Source: Paraspadella gotoi
Lineage: Eukaryota; Animalia; Chaetognatha
Length of the DNA: 64,000 nucleotides
Direction of reading: 5' to 3'
NCBI GenBank assembly: GCA_051294375.1
Contig: CM119266.1
Span: 6,465,431-6,529,430 of the forward strand
The notes beneath the pieces are model-generated. The model ran no database searches. It was not told the DNA's origin and saw only the letters and a program-made list of their open reading frames with translations. The translations under genes were made by a program, and so were the position numbers. Below, piece by piece: positions 1 to 12,454 of the stretch (the first letter of the stretch is position 1; each line of letters starts with the position of its first letter).

Positions 1-934
1 GCGGCGGTCGCGCCGGCGAGGAGGCCGGGTAACGTTTTGGCGAAGCACTTCCCTCGCTCTCGCTGGAGGAAGTCGCCAATGGCGTGGGGGGCAGCGTCGA
101 CGCTTCTTCCATCGTCTCGACGTCGACCGGTTCCGTCTTGATGGCGAACGTCGCCGGAGACGCGAATTCTTCGCCGACGAGAGGTTGGTACTTGACGTCA
201 TCCTCGGGGAAGACGACTTCGCTGGAGACTCGATCGAAGCCCGGTTCACGTTTGATGGTGATGGCGGCCATCGGCGGAACACGCCGGTCGTAAGTCCGGC
301 AGGCGGAATTGCCGAACTCAACGTTGACGATCCTCGAAGGGTCGACCGGCTGCGGGGAGGGCGCCACACGCGGACGCTCGTTCGCCGAGGATAGGGGATC
401 GACGAGAAATTGGGGATCGAGAGATTGGGGATCGAAGAGGGAGTTGGGGTTGAGTAGGGAGAGAGAGTAAGAGTGATCTTCGGAAACCGGACGCGGAGAA
501 TCGAGGACGCGATCCTCGTCCAGAAGATATTCCTTCCATGAATCGGACTCCAACGCGTTCGAGGAGGCGACGGGAGGATTGGAAGCGAATGGCACGGAGA
601 CGAGATGTCGGAGGGCGGGAGAGAGGCGGCCGTCGAGCGGGGCGTCGGAAAGGGAAGTCGACGAGGCGTTGGAATAGAGTTCGGCACATGAGAGGGCGTC
701 GGCGAGAAGGAAATCGCCGTCGACTCGGACGAGACGATCCTCTTCGGAGGAAACGCAGCCGTCGGGAATCCATCGAGGATCCAAAGCGAAAGAGTCCAGA
801 CAATGCGCGTTGAAATCCACGCCCGTATGGAGGGTATCCAAAGGAAAGAGGTCAGTTTCGAGTTTGGACACTTTGTCAAAGATCAAAGAATCATCGGCGT
901 TGAGAGACGCGAATCGCGAAATGTCGGAATCCAT
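1..934 (-). CDS. CREB3L/CrebA-family bZIP transcription factor, N-terminal part (runs off the window)
   Basis: Not in the ORF track because it has no stop in the window. Hand translation from ATG 934 is open to the edge: MDSDISRFASLN...SEDHSYSL...IKREP...IKTEP...LPPTP. The HSYSL, IKTEP and LPPTP motifs are typical of the CREB3L1/2/CrebA N-terminus. The bZIP domain is not visible. Confidence 0.7.
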   Translation of the reverse strand, partial: MDSDISRFASLNADDSLIFDKVSKLETDLFPLDTLHTGVDFNAHCLDSFALDPRWIPDGCVSSEEDRLVRVDGDFLLADALSCAELYSNASSTSLSDAPLDGRLSPALRHLVSVPFASNPPVASSNALESDSWKEYLLDEDRVLDSPRPVSEDHSYSLSLLNPNSLFDPQSLDPQFLVDPLSSANERPRVAPSPQPVDPSRIVNVEFGNSACRTYDRRVPPMAAITIKREPGFDRVSSEVVFPEDDVKYQPLVGEEFASPATFAIKTEPVDVETMEEASTLPPTPLATSSSESEGSASPKRYPASSPARPP

Positions 935-2729
935 GACGTTGGTCTTTGGGAATATGACGGGAAATAATATCTCGCGACTATCGCTATGTTCACGCACACA
1001 TTGAGCAAACTTGAAAGCTGTGGAAATAAAAAGTTATTTTACACTTTGTTGCGGATACTCCGAAAGTTTAATAAAATTTCGAGTAAGACACTTTTTTTAA
1101 ACTTTCTTTCGTATTTCGCATGTAAATTTAAAAAGAACATTCGCCAAAGCAAACTACTTAGACAAAAAATAAACATAAAAGACATTTGAATTCTCCTTTT
1201 TCTTTTTCCTTTTCCAAAGCGACTGCAGTGGTTTTATGCAAAGCCCGGGTGACAACAATCCCGGAATGAAAGGCAATATTGTTTGAACGTTAAAATAGGA
1301 CATAAAATATTGTCACGAATGAAAAGTGGCAGGAGTATACGCTAAAATTAAATCGATCGACGAAGAAAAAGATTTGAGAGATTTCGAATTTATCGGACAA
1401 AAAAAATTAACTAAGTAATCGCAGGAATAAAAAAAACAGCGAAAATTGCAAAGAAAAAAGGCTCAGCCGAATTCGAAAATGAAAAAGAAGGTTAAAGATC
1501 GGACAATTGACGGTAAAGCGGCAATTACGCACGGGCGGGACGTACAGAAACTTGAGGGAGTACTCGGGCGTAACTATTCTTCGAAAGGATAAGGCGTTTT
1601 AAATTTGGACCGCTAGAACTGGTTTCTTTTAGATGACCGGTTTTTTTTTTTCTATTGACGTCGAAACCGTCAGAATATAAGAAAAAATAGAGGGAAAGAC
1701 AAAAACGTAGCTTAATTTAAGACGATAATTGTAAAATCGTAACAAAGAATCCATTTCTGAATACAATGATGATAAAAGAACCAAAAATGAGGTTGCAGTA
1801 TTTTCAATTAACTAACGTCGCTGCGTCCGTATGTCGGATCGTTCATTCAATTTGTTAATACTATTATAGCAGTGTGTATAATATTAATATATAAAATTTG
1901 TAATAAAAATCTTAAAATGCAAATTTTTAGTAAAAATTGTGACCTTTAATATATGTGCCAAAGTTTAGCGGAGGGATTGTATATTCTAAAACTAAATAGA
2001 AGATAAAATAAAAGGCCCAATTGTTTCACTTGGGCGAAATGTTAGCCCAGATCTTGGACAATAAAACCAACCGGTTTTTGGTCGAAAGAAAACTGACCAG
2101 TGAGCAGGGAGGAGGCAGAGTTGGTGATTCAGATTCAGCTTTCATTCACTATTCCGATAATAAATCACCAAGAAAACTAAAAATTAAAAGATACCAAGTG
2201 CCCCATTAGTTTAAAATGTAATGAAAATATATGGATTGGCTCCACGCGTTTAAAAAAGTTATCTCCGTTTTTGTTATTTTAGCTCAAAAACATTTGACTG
2301 GAAAAATTCCAAAATTTAATATGTTTATCAGCTAAAGTTCATGAAACCGCTAAAGAATATCGATAATTACCTTCGAGTTTGTTATCTGAAAAAAAAAATC
2401 GACTTTAAAAAATTGGTTCGTTGGAAAAGAGTCTGACAAAATTTGATTCTCGCAAATAATTGCCGAATTATTGCAGATAACAAACGCAAATAGCGTGAAA
2501 TTTCGGCACAGCTGCGAGAGACATATCCGAGGACGAACCGGGAAAAAAGTTAACTTATCTCACTAGGGTAAAAGAAGAAAAACTACGGGCCCTTTGGTGG
2601 GGTAGAAAACTAGGAAAAAAAAGTTTATCAGCATTCTATGTACTGGGTATGGAAATAGAGCCACACAGACCAGGGATACTAAACTTTTCAATATATAAAT
2701 GATTCTAAACCTTGTTTCTCAATTTATTA

Positions 2730-2731
<2 letters not shown>

Positions 2732-2781
<50 letters not shown>
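2732..2781. repeat. (AAT)n microsatellite
   Basis: About 16 perfect AAT units. Confidence 0.95.
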
Positions 2782-2782
<1 letters not shown>

Positions 2783-3683
2783 CCGCCGGTCTCTGAATTC
2801 ATTCCTCGAAGTGCTTTCGAAAATGGATAACGGCCGGAGATCGACCCCCTGTTAAATAAGGCGGCCTCAAAACTCGTTACCAGTAGTGAAGACAGTTTTG
2901 TCGGATTCGCCGGCGAAAGTAGCAGCAGCAGCAGCATAAGGCTGAAGCGGCCGCCGGTGGGCAGCGAGATTTGAGAAAGAAGGAAGAGAACGAAAATAAA
3001 TGAAAAAAATGAAAAAAAAGAGAGAAAAAGTAATGAAAAACTGCGCAAAATCAAAAAGCCCTTCACTCTTCTAGCGAGGAACTGGGGAACGCAACAGGTG
3101 GCAGAAAAGGGGCCAAAGCCGTGAAATCTAGACGGCGACCTCGAGGTTGAATAAGCCCGAATGAGAGAGGGACGCTACTCGGCAGAGAGGGCGGGTGGTG
3201 GAAAGTAGTAAATCAAATAACTGCTAACGCACTGACGCAGAGAATGAAATGCCTTGTGATTTTAAGGAAAAACTTAAAGACTAATACATATTCCATTCCA
3301 AATTAGCTATTAAAGAATTAAAAGATGTGATTTAATATATCTCAAACCAATTTTTCCTTGTGAGGTTTTCATCGTAACTTGATATGGGCGAGGTATGAGG
3401 ATGGAAAAATTAATTTTGTTGTGAATAAAATTTAAAGCCAAAGACTTTCAAGTGAAAGGTCAATAATCTCAACAATATCACAGCATGGAACACTGAAAAT
3501 TATATTTCAGTGAATATTTATAATATAAATATATATAATATAAATATATAAATATAAATATTATTTATATGACCATCAAAAATAAAATTAAAAACCAGAC
3601 AGCAGATAACAAGGATTACTCTAGTATATGTACGTAAATCAGATTTGTTGGACATAAAAAAAACTATTATTAGTTTCGTGATA

Positions 3684-5678
3684 TCACCAAGTTGGGTATT
3701 TACTGGGACAGTGTTTTATCCATCTAGTTGCAGCTAAGCACCGAGAACTGTTTGAAGAGCATTCTAAAGCAATCAAAACATTGAGTAAAATCCAAATGAT
3801 AATTAAAAAAAAGATGATGAAAATAAACATGGTAAAAACACAGAATTTGTTATCAACTGAAATTAGCGATATCGAGGGTTTAGAGACTTTCTCGCGTGAC
3901 GGGGAATTTAACTTTCCTACTTTTTGTGCCGGTTCCTCATACGGCTGAAGAAACTTTTCTTGTAAGCATCTGACTTGATCAATTGTTTCCTTTATCAACA
4001 GTTTCAGCTTAATATTAGAATTGTTCTTAGATTCATCCAAGTTTAAGGTGCCGTTCAATGTAGTTAAAATATTTTTGAGATCTTCTTCTATGTCAGAGTC
4101 AGCAATTTTAAGCTCTGACGCACTAATGGATAATCGTGTTTTTTCATGACCCAAAAGAGGAATGTCACTATTGGGATTATTCAAAATGCTTTCTTGAATG
4201 AGATCGCACAATTCTTCATGAATAGAAGATTTCGCGGGTTTCAAACTTTTTGTTGGCGTTTTATCAGGTGGGCTTAGAGAAGTTATATCATTAGAAATGG
4301 AAAAATCCTGAACATTTATAGACATTTGATTTGGGTCAAAGTATTCATCAAACTCTTTTGATATTGTTTCTAGATTCTTAACAGCTGCTAATTCCATTTT
4401 AGCGTCAATTAGATCTGTTTCTATTTCTGTTTTTTTGTGAACAAGATTGCTTAAATCTGATTCCATAACAAACAACTTACCGCGAAGATTAAAAATTTCT
4501 TGATTTTGAGATTGGACACTTTTCGCTAAGGCGGACTTCTCTTCATCCAAAACAGTACAGAGAGTTTGCGATTCTGACAATTTCTTGGATAAGATGTCGT
4601 TGGAATTATAAACATTTTCCAACTCTTTTTGTAGGTCCTTGTAATCAGTATTACGGCAATCTAGCTCTTTTTTAACTGAAGTAACATAATCTTCTTTCAT
4701 CTTGTTATTTTCTACTAAAAACTCCCTTTGATCTTCTAGGTTTTTTATGTCCTCTGTCAATAATTCGGTCTTTTTCTTTAAATCTTCTAATTTGCAGTTA
4801 ACCGTTTGTAGTTGACGATTTAATTCTTTTTTTTCTGATAAGCTGTTTTGAACAGTTTCTTCAGCTAGCTGTAAATTTTTTTTAAGGCCTTTATTTTCTT
4901 CTTGAAAGGAAGCTATTGTTGCAGTTAAGGATATTATATCAAAGCTTCTTTCTGTTTCGAAATTTTCTCTTCCTCCAAAGCCAGTCGTAATCAGAGAGGC
5001 ATCTAATGGACTGTTAGTAAATGACTGATCAATTACCTGGCAGGATAACCTGGATGCATTAACTTTGGGACTTGATAAAATGCTTTGCGTAATATTATCA
5101 ATGTTAAATCGCTTTTCCTCACTGGGTATCTGCTCAATTTGTGACGCCCACAAGGAACATTTTTGGCAAAAAAATTCGCTTTCAATGACCGGGTCGACGT
5201 TATTAGGATCAAGAGTTGATTGTAAATTTCGCAATTGATCAATTTTATGGGCGTCAGAATCGCTTAAAAGAACTCTTATATAATTAAGCAATTCTGAAAC
5301 CTTAACTTTTCCACTGCCTTCATGGTCGCAAGAGTAAAATACGGCATTAAAAAGGGAATCATCAACGCTACCATGATTACTTTCTTCATCATTCATTGGG
5401 GAATCTAATGAATCTGTCGCTTCATTTACAACTTGAGCACCTCGATCTTTGAAATTTGCGGATTTGTGCTGAGGGTCGGAATCAGACCCAAATGAAGAGA
5501 TGCTGGAGTGTTGAGATTCTTCCGAAATATTGATCAATTGACCAACTGAAATTCGTCTCGGTGGTGTTTCAGTTGCTGGACTAACGCATTCTGACAAGGA
5601 TGCGGTATCAGATATTGATTCAACCGAAACATTAAAATCCGACAAATTTAGTAAATTATCTACTTTTACTTTATTCAT
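3684..5678 (-). CDS. KASH5/LRMP-like tail-anchored coiled-coil protein, 664 aa, single coding exon
   Basis: EF-hand-like segment LFNAVFYSCDHEGSGKVKVSELLNYI...LQSTLDPN resembles the KASH5 (CCDC155) EF-hand region. It is followed by a long heptad coiled coil, a C-terminal hydrophobic helix (FCVFTMFIFIIFFLIIIWILLNVLIAL) and a 26-aa tail ending KYPTW. Confidence 0.7.
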   Translation of the reverse strand: MNKVKVDNLLNLSDFNVSVESISDTASLSECVSPATETPPRRISVGQLINISEESQHSSISSFGSDSDPQHKSANFKDRGAQVVNEATDSLDSPMNDEESNHGSVDDSLFNAVFYSCDHEGSGKVKVSELLNYIRVLLSDSDAHKIDQLRNLQSTLDPNNVDPVIESEFFCQKCSLWASQIEQIPSEEKRFNIDNITQSILSSPKVNASRLSCQVIDQSFTNSPLDASLITTGFGGRENFETERSFDIISLTATIASFQEENKGLKKNLQLAEETVQNSLSEKKELNRQLQTVNCKLEDLKKKTELLTEDIKNLEDQREFLVENNKMKEDYVTSVKKELDCRNTDYKDLQKELENVYNSNDILSKKLSESQTLCTVLDEEKSALAKSVQSQNQEIFNLRGKLFVMESDLSNLVHKKTEIETDLIDAKMELAAVKNLETISKEFDEYFDPNQMSINVQDFSISNDITSLSPPDKTPTKSLKPAKSSIHEELCDLIQESILNNPNSDIPLLGHEKTRLSISASELKIADSDIEEDLKNILTTLNGTLNLDESKNNSNIKLKLLIKETIDQVRCLQEKFLQPYEEPAQKVGKLNSPSREKVSKPSISLISVDNKFCVFTMFIFIIFFLIIIWILLNVLIALECSSNSSRCLAATRWIKHCPSKYPTW

Positions 5679-8499
5679 ATTTCAACAAGCAGCAGAAATA
5701 TGAATTCTTTTTCCCTCTATGTAGTTTTTAAAGTAGGTAAATATTCTCAATTTAATATTTATTATTCTTTTAGCGGGCCAAATTTGAGCTTTTATAACAA
5801 AAATTATATGTTGTGTAAGGAGTATTTCCGACAGATTCGCCAATAAGTGATAGTGTTCAATGTTCAGGGGCGACTGTTCAGGCGTGGTAAGGAAGTTGGA
5901 CATCTGGAAAAAAAGGGGAATATTATTATGTCCAATTAATTACTAATATTACTGATACTATTTTTTTCAACTGCAATATGAGCTAAAAAGGTCAAGTCTA
6001 CGGTTGCTCTTAAAAAATTATTTGTATTAAATTAACTATTATTATTAAGACGGGAACCAATTGTCTCATTGGCAAAACTGAACTGACAATCAAATAAAAT
6101 TTTTACGCGCAAAAACTTAAATGTGTAAATTTGAATTATAATAACTATCTTTTTCCCAGAGCAATTGCATATTGCACTATATATCTATAAAGAGTTTAAA
6201 TACAGAACGCTTCATATTTAAAAAAAATTGGTATGAGGGGCCCCTTATTCATACAGGTGGAACTATTCATGCAAATTTTGATATTTATGAAGAAAATTTA
6301 ATGCGTTAGCTTCCATCAAACGTTATCAATAATAAAAAAATGGAAAGGCTGTTGAAATTAAAACTATCTTTTTGAGATTTTAGGAGAGGGACTTTCTATC
6401 TTTGCTTCAATTTTTTTCTTCTTTTTTAGACTTTTTAAACTGTCTTATAAAAGACTATAGCGAATTTAATACTTACTTATACTTGTAAGCGCGAGTAATA
6501 GTAATAAAACAGAGGATGGTCCAGTTAATTTATAATACGGGATGTGAAAGTGGTCGATGTGAAATCGTGCATTCTTCAATACTGACTACAATTTATCTAA
6601 AAATCTGTAAAATCATATTAGATTAGCACCTGCAAAAATAAACATTAATCGACTTACCAAAATCGAGAGGCTTATAGCTAAAGTATTATGTACTCGGTAC
6701 TAACTACTATATTGAAAATTCTGCAAATATCAAATCGAGAGCTCTCAAGGATTTAAGCGTAAATTTTAATCCATATGAATTATGTCCCTTTTTGAGTCTA
6801 AACTAGTAACTTAGTGAATGTCAGTTATAAAAGATTAAAAAAGAAGTTATGTAAACATTAATATAAAAAATCGAAAGTAAACGCTGTCAAGAGTACGATA
6901 TACACCCAAGCATCTTAATTCTAAGTAAATAGTAATATTAAAATAGTTATTTTAACCAAATAAATTTTGTACTCCAATAGGACATTAACAACACGATATT
7001 ACATCATAAAATTTAAATAAAACAAATAGGTTCAAAGGTCAAGTGTGGTGGTGATATGATTAATTACTTAAAACAAACACAGAACAATACAGGAGAGTAA
7101 TACTGCTACTTCACAAACATGATGGGACTCATGGCATACTTCAAAATATAAACTCCGTAATAATAATTACAAAAATGAATAAGATTCAATAGAATCCCCA
7201 AAAAATAAAACCGGATTTAACATTAAACAATGCGACAGAAAATGAAATCTATAATTTATATAGATCTTCATAAAATCTCAATGCGATTAATGAGCAAGAT
7301 TAAACCACGGCATTTACCGACGGCAGTTAATCATTTAAAAACAGTATTTAAAATTTTAAATGATGTAAAACAGATTTGATTTTAAAAACTAGTAGTTATA
7401 GGGGAGAGAAATTAAAATCAGAAACTCATCTTAGTTGATACCTATTGAAAAACTACTACTAATAATAATAATAATGGTAGTATACAGACACTTTGGTGTT
7501 ATATAAATTGGCTGCTCACAGGCTGGGTAAAAGATCTTATATACATAGAAAAAAGAATATATAAAAATTATGACTTATATTACATTCCATGAAACTTAGA
7601 TTGAATAAAATGAGAAGAGGTAGAACTAAAATGAATTAATGTCGACAAGCACTAGTATGTAAAATGCAACTTTCCAACTTAAAGTAAAGATGCCAATGAG
7701 CAGAAAGGGATTTATTGAAGTTAGGAAAGGAAGCTAAACCGCTTGCAATGCAATAGTATAGGGAACCTGGCAAGTACAGCTTAAGAATCTGGCGCTTATG
7801 TGCCATAAATTTGTGGATCGTCAAAAATAAAGTAAAAACCATGCAATGTTTTATCTTATCATTAAAAAACTTCTTCAAACTGTATTAAGGTTTTACTGAG
7901 ATTTATAAAAGTTTTTTTGAAACAATTTATGTACTACCAGGCAGCCACAAAATTCTCCATTTGTTTCAGCATATGGATTATGGCAAGGAATACAACTGTG
8001 CAATTGAATATGTTCTTATTTAAGATATGCTATGCAGCATTTCATTTTGCGTAAAAATGGTGAAAGTGACTGGAGAATATTACATTGAATCGTTTGCATA
8101 GTTAAATCGGTTCAAATCCCCCCATAAATTTAAGTAGTTATTGGGTCAATAAAGTGTAAAAATATAATTCCCACAACAAGATTAGCTTATCATCAAACAT
8201 AACCTTTTTTGGGGGGACACGCATCACTTAAATCACAGTTTATAAGCGTAAAACACAGACATTACATTAACGACTAGTCTTTTGTCATCTTTACCCGGAA
8301 TTTCGGGGTAATAGGGCCATTTCATATTTTCTATATAAGCCAGCTAATCTCGCGAAAAAATTTTAGTCCTACGGGTCTTTGGTATCATAATGATAATTAT
8401 TAAGCGATCTTTTCCGATATTGATACGACTACCAATCATTTTTCCCCAAACGAAAAATTTTGCTTTACATAACAATCAAGCCTCCCTCATAGAATGTTA

Positions 8500-11400
8500 T
8501 CAATAAGCCGGAGATGCGGCTCCTCCCTGTCCGTAATCGGGATTGGCCTGAGTGTGGGACTGCTTTGTCTGTCCGGGTCCGAATTCGCCGGATCGCCAGG
8601 CGGTGTATTTCCGGAAAGCGTCAAAGCCATAGCAGCCAATAGCCGGGATTGCGAACACCTGAACGGAGATAAGAATAATAAGTCAAAATGGAATAAACCC
8701 ATTTAGGCATACTATATATAACTCTATTCGAATCATAACGACGAGTCGAACGATGAAAGTTAGTATCTCAGAACTGGGTTATTTAACAATATACACTGCG
8801 GCGCAAAAAAAAGAAGACACTTCTTTCACACCGAAAAAACTATTGGATGGATGAATTTCAATGAGATATAGAAACATAAAACAAAGCTTATTGAAAGATA
8901 AAGCGATTGGTTCAGGTCCCATTAAAATCGATCAAAGCGTCCAAAAGTTATAGGACGTCAAAGTCGATTGGTACAAAACATCTGACGAGAATAAATTAAT
9001 TTTAATCAAAAAAAGTTTCTGACTTTTCCTTATTATAATATATTTATAATATGAAATTAGCTGAACAAATTCAGCATCAAAAATCTGTATTCAGTAAGGA
9101 TAGGTGTCAACCATTTTTCAACTTAAATTAAATTAAAATAAATAAGGAAATTATATAAACAAAATAATGTTTTAAAAATAAAAAAAAAGCAGTTGAGTGA
9201 TAATTTAGTTTCAAAGCTTTTTAAAATCAAAGTTTTTTTATGGCATCTCATGTTAAAGCAGACTATTATAAACTCTTACAATTATATAAATTTTTTTTAT
9301 CATAAAATTATGTTTTGATTTTAAGATTTCTTTTAATAAAATGATTGTTTTCAATATTTATTATTAAAATACCATATTTAGCAGCAATTAAAAAAATTAC
9401 AAATTTCTTGCCAACCTTTTTATATGTTTAATTTCATTATGATTTTGTTAATTCTATATTATAAATATCAGTCAGAAAAAGAAATGTCAGCAATACTAAC
9501 CTTTGGAAATTACTTCTTCCCAATTCCATTTTAAGACTCAGACTTTAAAGTCTTGCTATATTCCACTACCTGAACCAATTCAAATTTTTCTTGCAACAAT
9601 CGATAGCTCATTAAAAGAGCTTTTTAAAAGAGCTATACTTTTTATATATATTTTTTAAAAACTAAAAAAGAAATAGTGGTGTATTTAAATCTACCTAGTT
9701 CTTCTTTTTTTTTGCGCCGCAGTGTATATGTAAAATTTAACTACGTGTAAAAAGAATATTAAGCAATTGTTTCTCAAGCCCTCGGCAAACGTATCCATAA
9801 TTATAAACTTATAGACGAGAGGCTAAACCTTGAGATCTTCATGATTAATTTGATTATTCATCATAATCTGACCATCGGAAAGTGTGCATTTTACGAACAT
9901 TTAACAAAGCCCATACGTTCAGCACAGCAGATACATACCCGCACTAACACTTACCCCAGCAGCAATAGAGGCCCCTCTCGATCCTCCTGAGTAAACGGGG
10001 GCGGCAAACATACAGATCATACCGATGACGAAGAGAACGGCCAGACCAGCGCAGTAGACGGCCTCCTGCGCGCGACAGAAACTTATGAATAACATACCCC
10101 TTATCATTATTATCATGAAATTAATTTTAGGAATAAAATAATGAATGTATATTTTTTATTAGTTGTGCTGATGTCATAAACCACTAACAGAAATTGATTT
10201 GCAGGCGCAAGTGGTCAATTGATTTAAATCAATTTCGCAACCTCGCAACCATAAAAATAGAGTGAATGACCAATTTGACCATACGAATTTTGAAGGGTAC
10301 TTACCACAAGGTACCAGGCGATTTTGATTCTGTAGACGACGCGAAAGAGATAGAGTAGGAGTAAGATGGCCGTGCAAGTGATACCCGTCGTCGCGTGGAA
10401 CTCGTAATATCCCTCGGCCGTGTTGAGCGAAACGCCTGAGCAGATGGCGCCGATCAGGCAGGCCGCCTGGGAATTTAAGGGGCATGGGAGGAAAGAAAAT
10501 TTAATGGGTAAAACTTTACCGGTGTTTTGGCGTCTTTTGAAAAATCACCTAAAATATTTATTTTTTAAAAAAATGTATGACCATATTGATTATTTTATTA
10601 TATTATATTATTTTATTCGGAATCTCGTTTATAATCCTTATTACAGAAGGCTTCATATTATAAAATGTAGTATCCCATTTTTGTGACCAGAATCTGTTCC
10701 CACCAAACTACCCGTTCAAATTTAATGAAATTTTACATTTAGAGTGCTAATGACTATATAAATGGAACTATCGAGGCGAATTTTGATATTCAACCCCTGA
10801 CAAGGGCCAAAAAATGCTAAAATTTTTTTTTTCATTTTTCAAAATTTTTTAGTAGCATCAGGAGCCTTGACGTTTTAAACATAAGAAAAAAACATTTTAG
10901 AACTAAAATTGATAAATTTTCAATAATTAAGCAAGGTTGAAGATGCATGGTTCATCGTTTTACTTTTACTAGCTAAAAATTATGGTAAATGATTATTTTT
11001 GAGGTAATAAATACGTTTTGTGGAAGAGTAAACGTCTGTGCAACTGTTCAAAACAAAAATAATTAAAAAATTTGAAAAAAATTTTTAACCATTTTTTACC
11101 CCTATGGGTGAGCCCGGGGGGCCCATATCTCGGCTCAGCGGTCAAATATTGAAAATTGCCTCGATAGTTTTATTAGTATTCACATAGGGATCATTCATTC
11201 CAAATTTCAATAAATTTGGTCCAGTATTTTTGGTCACAAAAAAGGGGTACCACATTTTATAATATGAAGCCTTCTGTACATAACCTAATAATATTATCAA
11301 CTGGGCTTATTTTTACATTTGCGGACCGGGATTTTGCGGTCAGTTATTTGTTTTTTTCTTCTTAGTAGCAACGTATAGAAATCTCGCTGCGGAAAAATAA

Positions 11401-12131
11401 AAAAAAGACGTAAGGTAAAAAAAACTTTTTATTACAAATTTTATTTCGAAACCTACTCTAATCTCTAACTACCCCAAATCCCTAGCCACTCCAAATCTTT
11501 AACCACCCCTAATCGCTAACAAGTAACCACCCTTAACTCATTTGCTAACCGTTTAAAAATTATAACATCAAAATATTGTTTTTCCTTTCATTTCGTTGCA
11601 TTATTTGTTTGAGGTGTAAAATGAATTGTTTACATACGAGTTTTATTAAGAAACAAAGTTCGGACATGTTTCGGCATCAATCAGCGCAAAAACGTATTGA
11701 TTTGTGAAATATTTTCATAGACTTTGAAGTTTGAAGAGAGAGAGTCTGTAAAATTATTTGTTTCACAAATCAATTCATTTTTGCGCTGATGAAGGCTTAC
11801 ATTGAAGCCGAAACATGTCCGAAATTTATGTTTCATTTTCTACCTCAAACATAAAAACTGAGACTCAAAATTAAATGGATTAACAAAGCACCGACAGTTG
11901 GTAGCTAAGGTTGGTTGCGGACGTCGAATAGTAAACTTACCCATCAACTGTTTATAAACATCGTCTTACCATGGCTCCGACTTTCAACATGCCATCCAAA
12001 GTTTTAATGTAAGCCGGACCGTCCCACCGAATTGTGGTGTCCGACGCCATTCCCTGCTGCATCTGAGCACCGTAGTATCCTGCAGTAACACCTGCAGCTG
12101 CACCTGTCGAAACAACGAAATCAGACTCCAT
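8500..12131 (-). CDS. MARVEL-domain tetraspan protein (plasmolipin/CMTM/MAL-like), 197 aa
   Basis: Exons 12131-11970, 10466-10305, 10065-9955 and 8658-8500, all phase 0 with GT-AG. Motif YIKTLDGMLK followed by four hydrophobic segments and AAGVF...YGFDAF. Confidence 0.85.
8794..9724. mobile_element. Non-autonomous Tc1/mariner-type MITE in MARVEL intron 3
   Basis: Terminal inverted repeat CACTGCGGCGCAAAAAAAA(A)GAAGA, flanked by TA on both sides, with an AT-rich non-coding interior. Confidence 0.85.
10644..11276. mobile_element. Tc1/mariner-type MITE in MARVEL intron 1
   Basis: 25-bp perfect TIR CAGAAGGCTTCATATTATAAAATGT extending imperfectly inward; TA on both sides. Confidence 0.9.
11606..11850. 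repeat. Foldback (inverted) repeat carrying two hammerhead-motif copies
   Basis: Arms match as reverse complements: tttgaggtgtaaaatgaa / ttcattttctacctcaaa; ttcggacatgtttcggc / gccgaaacatgtccgaa; atcagcgcaaaaa..ttgatttgtgaaa / tttcacaaatcaa..tttttgcgctgat. Confidence 0.85.
11781..11824 (+). ncRNA. Minimal type I hammerhead ribozyme motif (Penelope/retrozyme type)
   Basis: TTGCG-CTGATGA-A-GGCTT(acattg)AAGCC-GAAA-CATG-TC-CGAAA: intact core CUGANGA and GAAA, 5-bp stem II, palindromic stem III ACATGT, GUC triplet. Stem I is imperfect. Confidence 0.75.
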
Positions 12132-12454
12132 CTTTTTTTCCGTAAGTTCGACGAATTGTGTTTGTACCTGCTGCTGCAGAATTCGGAGGATATTGCTGCA
12201 TAGTGATTGCCGGATTAAAAGTGTTTTTTTTTTAGTAATCACACTAAAGAGTTCAACAGGTACTGCGCTCCAGTCAGCACCTGTTTCTTTAGTAAAGTTC
12301 CTCTCTATTTATTTTTTTTGGTAATTAATTCCTTTAAAACGACGTTGTTGTACTAGACTACTGAAAATAGTTCGCATAATTAAATCACGAAATTGGTTTC
12401 AACAACGAAATTAAGGAAGTAAATTGAGCTTTTCAGCAATAACGAAATGAACTA

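Noticed and set aside
84-1004. Arg-rich and other short ORFs listed in the track
   Set aside because: Alternative or antisense frames of the CREB3L-like exon.
2719-3066. 115-aa poly-Leu hydrophobic ORF
   Set aside because: Produced by the (AAT)n microsatellite and A-tracts.
11450-11550. CCCTAA-like degenerate repeats
   Set aside because: Too irregular to call an interstitial telomere; probably part of a repeat element.
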